The translations under genes were made by a program, and so were the position numbers. From the NCBI GenBank assembly GCA_963666275.2, contig CAXXOA010000002.1:1120001-1184000 (forward strand): a stretch of DNA of 64,000 nt, read 5' to 3'. Positions 20,048-28,721 of the stretch are shown piece by piece (positions within the stretch are counted from its first letter, which is position 1; each line of letters opens with the position of its first letter). A model generated the notes under the pieces. That model made no database searches and was not told the origin of the DNA. It saw only the letters and a list, made by a program, of their open reading frames with translations. Source of the DNA: Oceanispirochaeta sp. GTDB lineage: Bacteria; Spirochaetota; Spirochaetia; DSM-2461.

Positions 20048-21074
20048 TTCACTATCAAGAAACTTAAAGTCCAATGACCTGTATCTGTTACTGAAAAAGA
20101 ACGCCGGTATTCTGGCAGTTCTTATTATTTTCGGTTTCATTCTGTCACTGGCAACAGACAATTTTTTAACAAACAGCAATCTCATTTCCGTACTCAGGCA
20201 GATTTCAATTAATATGTTCATTGCTCTGGGAATGACCTTTGTCATTATTCTGGGCGGAATTGATTTATCTGTGGGAAGTATCGTGGCCATGAGCGGAACC
20301 CTGATCGTAGGGTTTATTGTAACCCAGGGAATGCCTATCGCTCTGGCGATCCTTCTCGGTCTCCTTCTGGGAACTCTCGCCGGATTTATCAATGGGGCCC
20401 TAATTGCCAGATTCAAGGTTCCGGCTTTTATTGTCACCATGGCTATGATGAATATTGCCAGCGGAGTCGCCTATGTATACAGCGGAGGCCGCTCAACAAG
20501 GATCAAGGATGATATATTTGTCAACATAGGAACAGGATACATGTTTGATGTGATCCCTCTGCCTGTGGTTTATATGGTTCTGCTGATTCTGCTCTTCTCG
20601 TTTATTCTGAATAAAACAAAATTCGGTATGTATATTTTTGCCATCGGCGGAAACCGTGAGTCCGCAAAACTCAGCGGTGTTCCCATCATGAAAATTGAGA
20701 TCCTTGTATACACACTTACAGGCCTTCTTGCCTCCTTTGCCGGTCTGGTTCTGGCCAGCCGTATGTATTCGGGGCAGCCTTCGGTGGGAAAAGGCTATGA
20801 ACTGGATGCGATTGCAGCCTGTGTTCTGGGCGGTGTATCCATGGCCGGCGGAAAGGGGCACATCAGCGGTACTGTTATCGGTGCCATGGTAATCGGAATC
20901 ATAAGTAACGGATTGAATCTGATGGGAGTCAGCTCTTTCTGGCAGCTGATTGTGAAGGGTATCATCATACTCATCGCCATTCTGATAGATACGCAGAAAA
21001 GCAATGAAAGCATAGTAACAAAATTCATCACTTCTTTCAGAAAATCCGAAAACCGGGAAAAGGGAGATCAGTAA
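20040..21074 (+). CDS. Sugar ABC permease (RbsC-like)
   Basis: GGIDLSVG, YELDAIAACVLGG. Confidence 0.93.
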   Translation: MNNSLSRNLKSNDLYLLLKKNAGILAVLIIFGFILSLATDNFLTNSNLISVLRQISINMFIALGMTFVIILGGIDLSVGSIVAMSGTLIVGFIVTQGMPIALAILLGLLLGTLAGFINGALIARFKVPAFIVTMAMMNIASGVAYVYSGGRSTRIKDDIFVNIGTGYMFDVIPLPVVYMVLLILLFSFILNKTKFGMYIFAIGGNRESAKLSGVPIMKIEILVYTLTGLLASFAGLVLASRMYSGQPSVGKGYELDAIAACVLGGVSMAGGKGHISGTVIGAMVIGIISNGLNLMGVSSFWQLIVKGIIILIAILIDTQKSNESIVTKFITSFRKSENREKGDQ

Positions 21075-22549
21075 TGGATATATTCAGAAGACCCTCAAAG
21101 GCGGATTCCACCGGTGACGCCATTCCGTTTTATCATGACAATGTATACCATATTTTTTCTCTGACTCCGCCTGTGGGAACCACAGTGTATCCCGATCGCT
21201 TAAGGACATCCTGGAATCACACCATCTCACGGGATCTGATCACCTGGGAGGAGCAGCCTGTTGCCATATACCCCGGCGATGGGGATGAACCGGATGCTTC
21301 CGGCGTCTGGACGGGAGCTGTCATTTACGGAGAGGGCAGGTACCATGCTTTCTATACCGGTTATAATATCAGTGCTCTGTATCAGCAGACAATCTGCCGG
21401 GCCACCAGCGATGACGGCATTGTATGGGAGAAAGATCCGAAAAATCCCATTATTCTGCCTTTAACATCCAAATATGAACCTCTGGACTGGCGGGATCCCT
21501 ACGTCTTCTATAACGAAGAGGAATCTCTCTACTGGATGCTGATTTCAGCAAGGATCAAGGATGGACCTACCACAAGGAAAGGCTGTGTTGTTCTCTACCG
21601 TTCTCCTGACCTGGAAAACTGGGAGCACTACGGCCCCATCTACGAACCCTGGCATACAAACTGCCCGGAATGCTCGGAGATGTATAAAATCGGCGATGTC
21701 TGGTACCTTTCCTATTCCCGGTTTTCAGAGTTTGTAAACACCATCTACCGGACTTCCTACTCTCCCTACGGGCCCTGGAGTACACCAAAGTATGACGGGA
21801 TCGGAGGCCGGCGCTTCTATGCTGCCAAGTCCATGGAAAATGCCGGAGGCAGACGTTTCTACTTCGGATGGGCCCATGACAGGGGAAATCAGAGTGACAC
21901 GGGAGAATGGTACTGGGGCGGTGCGTTCTGTATTCCCCATGAAGTCAGACAGAATGCTCTGAATGAACTCGATGTTTTTCTCCCCGCGGAGATAGAATCT
22001 TCGATTCAGGAGCCTGTAGAATGGAACTATTCCCACAAGCTGGGGAATGTGGAGAAGAAAGGTGATAACAGCTTCTCTGTTCACTCCATGGAAAGGTTCT
22101 CCTACGGATTCTTTGACCATAAAGAAAAGAGCTTTCTGTTCTCCTGTTCCATTGTCCCGGAAAATGTGAAAGAGAATTTCGGTATCCTTCTGAAATCCGA
22201 TGAGAATGCCTCTGTCTGTATTCAGCTGATTTTTGACGTGGGAATGCAGAGGGTATCCCTGGAAAACCTACCCATGCCGGTGGATCCTTTCTGGCAGCAG
22301 TCCTGTCAGTCTATCCCCAGCCCAAAAGATCCCGGACCTGACGGTTTCAGGGTCAGTGAGAAACCCTTCTCCATAAAAGAGGGGGAGCCTATCGATATTA
22401 AGGTTGTCATTGATAATGATATGATAGAGGCCTTTATCGGTGAAAAGGTAGCCTTTACCTACAGATCCTATGCAAAACCGGACTATGAAGTCGGGCTGTT
22501 TGTTCAGGACGGTTCCGCTGACTTTTTCAATGTTGAGATAAAAAAATAA
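21074..22549 (+). CDS. GH32-family glycoside hydrolase
   Basis: GDAIP, VWTG, WRDP, NCPEC, FYAAKS. Confidence 0.88.
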   Translation: MDIFRRPSKADSTGDAIPFYHDNVYHIFSLTPPVGTTVYPDRLRTSWNHTISRDLITWEEQPVAIYPGDGDEPDASGVWTGAVIYGEGRYHAFYTGYNISALYQQTICRATSDDGIVWEKDPKNPIILPLTSKYEPLDWRDPYVFYNEEESLYWMLISARIKDGPTTRKGCVVLYRSPDLENWEHYGPIYEPWHTNCPECSEMYKIGDVWYLSYSRFSEFVNTIYRTSYSPYGPWSTPKYDGIGGRRFYAAKSMENAGGRRFYFGWAHDRGNQSDTGEWYWGGAFCIPHEVRQNALNELDVFLPAEIESSIQEPVEWNYSHKLGNVEKKGDNSFSVHSMERFSYGFFDHKEKSFLFSCSIVPENVKENFGILLKSDENASVCIQLIFDVGMQRVSLENLPMPVDPFWQQSCQSIPSPKDPGPDGFRVSEKPFSIKEGEPIDIKVVIDNDMIEAFIGEKVAFTYRSYAKPDYEVGLFVQDGSADFFNVEIKK

Positions 22550-22684
22550 CTTCCTTCCTATCATCCCCCGGTCAATCCGATTCGGGGGATCCATTTGAAG
22601 CTTTGCCCTTCGAGCTGCCTCGCATAGAATTGTTGATCCTGGCTGTGTAACAGTACAGGGACTCATCTATTTCAGACTGAATGT

Positions 22685-23593
22685 TTACAGTCTTCTTATA
22701 GATGGGCCCATATTCTTATACATCCGTAAGTGCCACTGATTGATTGCCTCTGCATAGTCGGGGACACAGAGGGAGTACATCTGATTGGTTACATCCTGAA
22801 GTTTTCTGTTCAGGTCATTGAATAGCTGCCGGCCCCGGGGAAGAATCCTGAGTTCACTGTTTCTTCGGTCTCTCTCATCCTGACTCTCTCCGATCAGCCC
22901 CTTTTCGACAAGTTTGTCTTTACTGGCGGAAATTGTACTCCTGTCCAAAAGGAGCATCCGTGAGAGGTCGATGGCATAGGCGCTTCCCTTCAGACTGACC
23001 ATGGTGGCCAGGATTCTGAACTCTGAAAGGGATAAGCCCGCCGAGTCTTTGACTGTTTTTATCCACATCTGAGGGACGGCTTTACAGAAAACAATAAACT
23101 CGGGTGTGATCGGGGTATGCGTTTTATCAAGGGGGGCGGCATCATCCTGCCGTTTTCCCCTCAGGCTGGAAAGGACCAGGGAGGCCACCAGGTTCCCGCT
23201 TCTCTCCTCATCCGGAGTCAGATCGTTCCAGAAGGAACTCTCCTGAGCTTCGTAGATAGCTCTGGTGGCTTTTATGGTCAGGTCTATCCCTTTTTCTGTG
23301 ACTGTAATTCTACTTTTGCGGCGGTCCGTCTTGCTGGAGCTTTTAGTTATATACCCCTTGTCCTCCAGTGATGAAAGTGCCATGGATATGGAGTTGCGCC
23401 GGAGCATAAGAAAATCGGCAAAATTGAAGCCGTCCACCGGTCCGCCCGAAAGATAGAGTTCCCTGATGATACAGAACTCCGTTACTGTCAGGTCACAATC
23501 TCTTTTGAGTACACGGGCAATCTGAGCCTCATGTTCCACAAAAACAGTAACCATCTGGGGGGTGAAGGTTACCATATTATCACTTTCCGCCAT
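22685..23593 (-). CDS. Tandem (double) MarR-family regulator
   Basis: Two wHTH repeats ending DRRKSRITVTEKG and DRRNSELRILPRG. Confidence 0.8.
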   Translation of the reverse strand: MAESDNMVTFTPQMVTVFVEHEAQIARVLKRDCDLTVTEFCIIRELYLSGGPVDGFNFADFLMLRRNSISMALSSLEDKGYITKSSSKTDRRKSRITVTEKGIDLTIKATRAIYEAQESSFWNDLTPDEERSGNLVASLVLSSLRGKRQDDAAPLDKTHTPITPEFIVFCKAVPQMWIKTVKDSAGLSLSEFRILATMVSLKGSAYAIDLSRMLLLDRSTISASKDKLVEKGLIGESQDERDRRNSELRILPRGRQLFNDLNRKLQDVTNQMYSLCVPDYAEAINQWHLRMYKNMGPSIRRL

Positions 23594-23715
23594 AGATCCT
23601 CTCTTTATTAACAGCGTCCATCTTTTATGTCCTGTGGGATGAGAGCATTATAGACCAAACTGTCCATTCTGATCAAACAGAATAAAAAACAGGGAATCAC
23701 TGGCGGAAAGTCTTT

Positions 23716-24054
23716 TTATTTCGCAGCCTGCTCTATGGCTTTTCCAACAGCATCGATGACTGCGGCAGAGGTTTTGGACGCTCCGGATACGGCATCGATA
23801 TCTGCACTCTGTTTTTTGATGACTTCGGGCAGCAGTCTGTCTACAACGTCTGTTCCGATTCCGGGAGTTTCATTGTTGACAGTTGCGATTATATCGGTAA
23901 TCTTACCACCTTCTACAGTCATTTCAACGGCAAACTCACCGTGCATTCCCGCATTGCTCGAACCTGTATAGGTTCCGTCAACATACTTTGTTCCGCAGCC
24001 TGTTAATACAAGAACGGACAGGCCGGCCAGGATAAATCCCAGTTTTTTAATCAT
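23716..24054 (-). CDS. FMN-binding lipoprotein
   Basis: LTGC lipobox; DGTYTG; ETPGIG; DAVSGAS flavinylation motif. Confidence 0.88.
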   Translation of the reverse strand: MIKKLGFILAGLSVLVLTGCGTKYVDGTYTGSSNAGMHGEFAVEMTVEGGKITDIIATVNNETPGIGTDVVDRLLPEVIKKQSADIDAVSGASKTSAAVIDAVGKAIEQAAK

Positions 24055-24136
24055 AATTTTGTCCTTATTGATAGGTTTTTAAAGGGAACAGCCCTGCCGG
24101 GCTGTATCCCCGTTTTTTATCAGAAAACTCCTGATA

Positions 24137-25726
24137 TTATACGCTTTTGATATAGGCTCCCGCATTCATGGCGCTGTGACGTCCTGTATTTACATTATTG
24201 GCACAGCAGGATCCGCCCAGATTGATCGTATAGACATTTCTGTAGAGCATGGCTCCGTCGAGACCCGCCGCATAGAGCCCGGGAATGGGATCTTTTCCGG
24301 GAGTCAGTACTTCCTGTCTTGCATTACAGAGGATCCCTCCGATACTGCCGAAGTAGGTCTGTTCAATCCGTGCGATGTAGTAGGGGCCTCCGCTGAGAGC
24401 TTCCAGTGTCTCGGCTTCCCGGGAGAAGTCCGTATCAGAACCTTTGGCGCACATGGCGTTGTATCTATCTACAGACGCTTTGAGGGCCTCTGCATCCATA
24501 CCCACGGCCTGGGCCAGTCCGGCAAGACTGTCGGCTCTGTAGAGAGAGTCTCCGTCATTGGTTGCCAGAGATTCTTCCAGGATCCGGGCAGCGCCGTCTT
24601 CCAGAGGGCCGAAGGTCTTATCAAAGAGGGCCTGGTTGAAAATGACATAGGAGTACTTGTTGGCTTTGGTAGGCATGGTCTGATACATCATGTTTCTGGC
24701 GCCAATATTTTCGTTTACAAAGCGCTGACCATCCTGGTTGACCCAGAGTCCGAATCCATGAGCCGAAGCCACTCCGGTTACCATTCCGTTCAGAGGGTCT
24801 GCATACTGGGGAATGTTCATAGAGGGAAGGGCGGGGATGTAGTTCATAACAAATGCACATGTTTCGGGAAGGATGTCCTTTCCACCCGCAGAGAGGGCCA
24901 TTCTCAGACCGTCACCGTTGGATCCTGCATTTCCTCCCAGCAGGACATGTTCGCTGGTCCATCCCTGTTCGGCAACCAGATCTCTGTCTCCACCGACTCC
25001 TCCGGACGCCAGTATCACAGCTTTCGCATCAATACCGTAGACAGTCCCGTCAGCATTTTCAGCATAAACACCCTGCACTTTTCCATCCTGAAGAATCAGG
25101 GCGGTTGCGGCTGTTTTCAGCATGATCTCTACACCAAGCTCCCGGGCTCTTTTACCCATGGGTTCGATGTATCCGGCAGAGGCTTTATGATTTTTGAACC
25201 AGTGAAACGTGGGAAGGGTACAGGTTCCGAAGTAGTCGTCGACATACTCAAATTCAACACCCTGCTCGATCTCCCAGTCTATGTTTTCAGAGGACTGTGT
25301 ACACAGGTCGATCCACTGGGCACCGGGATTCCGGAACTGGGCAATTTCCATCTCATGGGCAACAACGTCGGCAATGGTGAAATCAATCCCCGCTGCTTTC
25401 TGCATTTTTGTCTCCACACCGAACTGACCTTCAACAGATCCTCCCATAGGTCCCAGGACGCTTGTTTTCTCCAGGGTAACTACCTTCAGACCGTCCAGAG
25501 CGGCCTGAACAGAGGCGGCCAGACCGGAAATTCCACCACCCACAACAACGATATCGCAGGAGAGTTTCTCATCTACTTTGGAGGGGATCTTCAGACCCGG
25601 TTTTTCGGAGATTTCTCCCTGGCTGTTCTTTCCCAGAAGGCTGCATCCGGGAAGTCCTACGGCAACGGCACCGGCTCCGGCGGCAGCTGTAGCAAGACCA
25701 ATAAATTTTCTTCTTGTCAATTCCAT
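24137..25726 (-). CDS. Tat-exported FAD oxidoreductase lipoprotein (flavocytochrome c/fumarate reductase superfamily)
   Basis: TRRKFIG twin-arginine; LPGC; GGGISG; ILASGG; PGLYAAG. Confidence 0.88.
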   Translation of the reverse strand: MELTRRKFIGLATAAAGAGAVAVGLPGCSLLGKNSQGEISEKPGLKIPSKVDEKLSCDIVVVGGGISGLAASVQAALDGLKVVTLEKTSVLGPMGGSVEGQFGVETKMQKAAGIDFTIADVVAHEMEIAQFRNPGAQWIDLCTQSSENIDWEIEQGVEFEYVDDYFGTCTLPTFHWFKNHKASAGYIEPMGKRARELGVEIMLKTAATALILQDGKVQGVYAENADGTVYGIDAKAVILASGGVGGDRDLVAEQGWTSEHVLLGGNAGSNGDGLRMALSAGGKDILPETCAFVMNYIPALPSMNIPQYADPLNGMVTGVASAHGFGLWVNQDGQRFVNENIGARNMMYQTMPTKANKYSYVIFNQALFDKTFGPLEDGAARILEESLATNDGDSLYRADSLAGLAQAVGMDAEALKASVDRYNAMCAKGSDTDFSREAETLEALSGGPYYIARIEQTYFGSIGGILCNARQEVLTPGKDPIPGLYAAGLDGAMLYRNVYTINLGGSCCANNVNTGRHSAMNAGAYIKSV

Positions 25727-25993
25727 GGTTTCTGATTCCTTTTCGCTCTATAAACTCATAGCATTTTTAGTGTTTTTCCCAATTTAGGGGCACTTTTAAA
25801 ATATGTCAATACACAAATAGATCAATGATCAAACATAGTAAAATCAGCATATAGTTATATTTTTATAGATAAACCTCTATCTGTATAATAGGTGAAAACA
25901 GCCTGAAAACCCGGAAAAACAGCGTTTCAGCTAACAAAACTCTCTAAAATAAGGCTTTTTCCTCATAACTCTTTCTGCTAGATTGTAAAAGCT

Positions 25994-26566
25994 ATGAGTA
26001 CCCGCAATGCAAAACAGAAATTCTATTGTGCCATTGATACAATTCTTATGGACAGGACTATTGATAAGATTTGCGTCAATGACATCATCAGAGAAGCGGG
26101 GACAAGCCGTTCCACTTTTTACCGTCACTATTATGACAAATACGCCCTTGTCAGGGATTATTATAATTTTGTGGTCAGAGGGGTTCTTGAAAAGAACAGC
26201 AATGAAGATCTGGTATGGATTGACGGACTGATTCTGATTCTCAAGGAACTGGAAAGTCATTCACGATACTATAGAAATGCCATACAGCCTGAAGGGGGAC
26301 TGCATGAGCATATAGAGGAAATCACCAGGCATTTCTATTATGCCCTGGCAAAATATCACAAAGTTGATCTTGCAAAATGGAAGCACAGGGCGGCACTGGA
26401 AGCCTATACGAGCGGAACCATGGACATCCTGGTTCGATGGATTATGGAAGGTATGCCTGTTCCCGCGGAAGAATTCTCCGAACTGCTGGAAACTCTCTTT
26501 CCGTTCTCTTTCAGTATCCGCTGCTACGGCTGGAAGGTGAATCTTCTTTCTGGTTTGCACTACTAA
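25994..26566 (+). CDS. TetR-family regulator
   Basis: ICVNDIIREAGTSRSTFYRHYYDKYAL. Confidence 0.88.
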   Translation: MSTRNAKQKFYCAIDTILMDRTIDKICVNDIIREAGTSRSTFYRHYYDKYALVRDYYNFVVRGVLEKNSNEDLVWIDGLILILKELESHSRYYRNAIQPEGGLHEHIEEITRHFYYALAKYHKVDLAKWKHRAALEAYTSGTMDILVRWIMEGMPVPAEEFSELLETLFPFSFSIRCYGWKVNLLSGLHY

Positions 26567-26680
26567 CGGGACAGAAAAGGGATAATGTCCCGCTTTAATA
26601 AGTATAGATATATCGATATGCCTTTATCTATAAAAGTTTTCCTATTATCCTTGGGTATAGTTCATCTGAGGAGAGAAAAT

Positions 26681-27424
26681 ATGTCAAAAACAGCAATTGT
26701 AACCGGCGGATCCCGCGGTCTGGGTGAGGGGATGATCCTGAAACTGGCAGAGATGGGATACAACGTTGTGGCCAACTATGTCAGCGACAGAAGCAAGGTC
26801 CTGGCGGAAAGTCTTATAAAGAAAATCGAAACAAAATACGGCGTGCAGGGGATGGCCTTTCAGGCGGATGTGTCCGACTATGACAGCTGCAAGGCCCTTT
26901 TCGAGGCTACTGTTGCCCGGTTCGGCGAAAAAATCGATGTTCTTGTGAACAACGCCGGAATTGATAACAATCTGAGTTTTCTTGAGATCAAACCCGAGCA
27001 GTATAAAAGACTTATGGATGTGAACCTGATGAGTTATATGCACTGTGCCCATCTTGTGATTCCCTACATGATCAAACAGAAAGAGGGGTATATTATCAAT
27101 GTCTCCTCAATTGGCGGTATGATGGGGGTTGCGGATCAGGCCGACTACTGCGCTGCCAAAAGCGGTGTTATCGGGTTTACCAGAGGGCTGGCTGTGGAGT
27201 TCGGCCGCTATAACATCAAAGTCAATAATATCGCCCCCGGTATGATCTGGACCGATATGCTCAGGGAAGCGGATCAGACTGCTGTTCAGGCACTGGAACA
27301 GATGATTCCCCTGGGAAAAATCGGAGAAGTGGATGATATTTCAGGCTGCATGGAATATCTTGTGAAAGCCAAATATCTGACAGGACAGACCATTTCCCCC
27401 AACGGCGGACTGGTAATGCCCTGA
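26681..27424 (+). CDS. SDR-family oxidoreductase
   Basis: TGGSRGLG, NNAG, YCAAK, PGMIWT. Confidence 0.92.
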   Translation: MSKTAIVTGGSRGLGEGMILKLAEMGYNVVANYVSDRSKVLAESLIKKIETKYGVQGMAFQADVSDYDSCKALFEATVARFGEKIDVLVNNAGIDNNLSFLEIKPEQYKRLMDVNLMSYMHCAHLVIPYMIKQKEGYIINVSSIGGMMGVADQADYCAAKSGVIGFTRGLAVEFGRYNIKVNNIAPGMIWTDMLREADQTAVQALEQMIPLGKIGEVDDISGCMEYLVKAKYLTGQTISPNGGLVMP

Positions 27425-27488
27425 TTCTAATATATTTTGCTCCGGGAGAAGCGATTGCTTCTTCTGGAGACAGTCCTCTTAAGCTTTT

Positions 27489-28547
27489 TTATTCTGTTAC
27501 AACACTTCCGTCAATGCTTAGATTGTAATTGGAGCCTGTAATATGACGTTCGGCATGGAAGATTATCAGATCATAAACGTTATCCGGAGAGAGAGCCAGT
27601 TCACTCTCTTTAGACGCATCCAGTGTTATTGACCGGGATTTTTCCGGATGAACACCGCCCAGATCCAGAATCAGCTTTCCGTTCAGAAAAATCCATACAT
27701 CATCATCCCCTGTAAAGGAAATGGTTTCCCCTCCCCTGTAGTACAGCTTTAACCTGGTCTCAGTGGTAAAACCGAAATTATGATCATATAGGGAGCCGGG
27801 TGTTGTTGAGTTATAGTTGCCATATCCCCGGTTGTCTAAAGGAAAAAAATTCGGATGGGAGAATTCCTTGAGAGAACCTGTTTCACTAAAGGAGAAAGAG
27901 GATTGAAACTCAAGATTTATACCGGGAATTGTTTCATACCATTGCCCAAAGGATTCACTTGAGGTAATCAGGCCGGAGTTGAGTTTTATCAAAGTTAGTT
28001 TGCCGCTGTTGTCCAATGTGTCAGATACCAGACCGGGGTAAATATCCGCATTCCCGTAATTTTCAAAATCCGGATGCCCCCTGTTTCCAATATAACCGTC
28101 ACCGGTTCCGTGTTCATTGTATCCGCGGAAATCTCTTATGGTCATCTCAAATTCGCTGTTTTCGATATAGTACTGTTCCGATGTGACTGCGCTGCTCAGG
28201 GAGCCCCGTGAGGCTACTGCTTTAATCAGTGCCGTCCGGGAAACAGAAAGAGGCCCTGAATAGAGAGTCGCTGTTCCGGATGCAGGTTCCGTACCATCCA
28301 GTGTGTACCATATTTCCGCATCGCTGTCGGAGGACAGAATCAGTTCCTGAGAATCCTCATAATAGCCTCCCTTAAGAGAGAGGGCGGGAGCCGGAGGAGC
28401 TGTCTGAACATCCGATGAGCTGTCGCTTTCCTGATTTTCAGGATCTTCGGGAGAGTCTTTTTTATCTCCCTCAAAGAAGAGATCACAGTTCAGCAAAGAT
28501 ATGAAGCAGGCTGCCAGTATAAAGATTCTGAGGGTTGTTTTTTTCAT
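27489..28547 (-). CDS. Lipoprotein with Fn3-associated/chitobiase-like and fibro-slime (PA14-like) domains
   Basis: LLNC lipobox; IWYTLDGTEP; HNFGFTTE; FTGDDDVWIFLNGKLILDLGGVH. Confidence 0.8.
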   Translation of the reverse strand: MKKTTLRIFILAACFISLLNCDLFFEGDKKDSPEDPENQESDSSSDVQTAPPAPALSLKGGYYEDSQELILSSDSDAEIWYTLDGTEPASGTATLYSGPLSVSRTALIKAVASRGSLSSAVTSEQYYIENSEFEMTIRDFRGYNEHGTGDGYIGNRGHPDFENYGNADIYPGLVSDTLDNSGKLTLIKLNSGLITSSESFGQWYETIPGINLEFQSSFSFSETGSLKEFSHPNFFPLDNRGYGNYNSTTPGSLYDHNFGFTTETRLKLYYRGGETISFTGDDDVWIFLNGKLILDLGGVHPEKSRSITLDASKESELALSPDNVYDLIIFHAERHITGSNYNLSIDGSVVTE

Positions 28548-28666
28548 GGAAACTTTCCTGTCATATAAAAAATATTCCTGAAGACTCTGCGATCAGGATT
28601 TTTATATATTACAGTTGTTTATTTATATTGAATAGAGGAAAAAGTTTGTTTGTTTATTTTTACAAG

Positions 28667-28702
28667 CCCGACCCCGGGTGGAAGTTTCCGATCCGGGGTT
28701 AG
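28667..28702 (-). terminator. Hairpin, probable terminator of the reductase gene
   Basis: ACCCCGG-TGGAAGTTTCCGAT-CCGGGGT inverted repeat. Confidence 0.5.
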
Positions 28703-28721
28703 GCAAAGTGTTATGGGAGAA

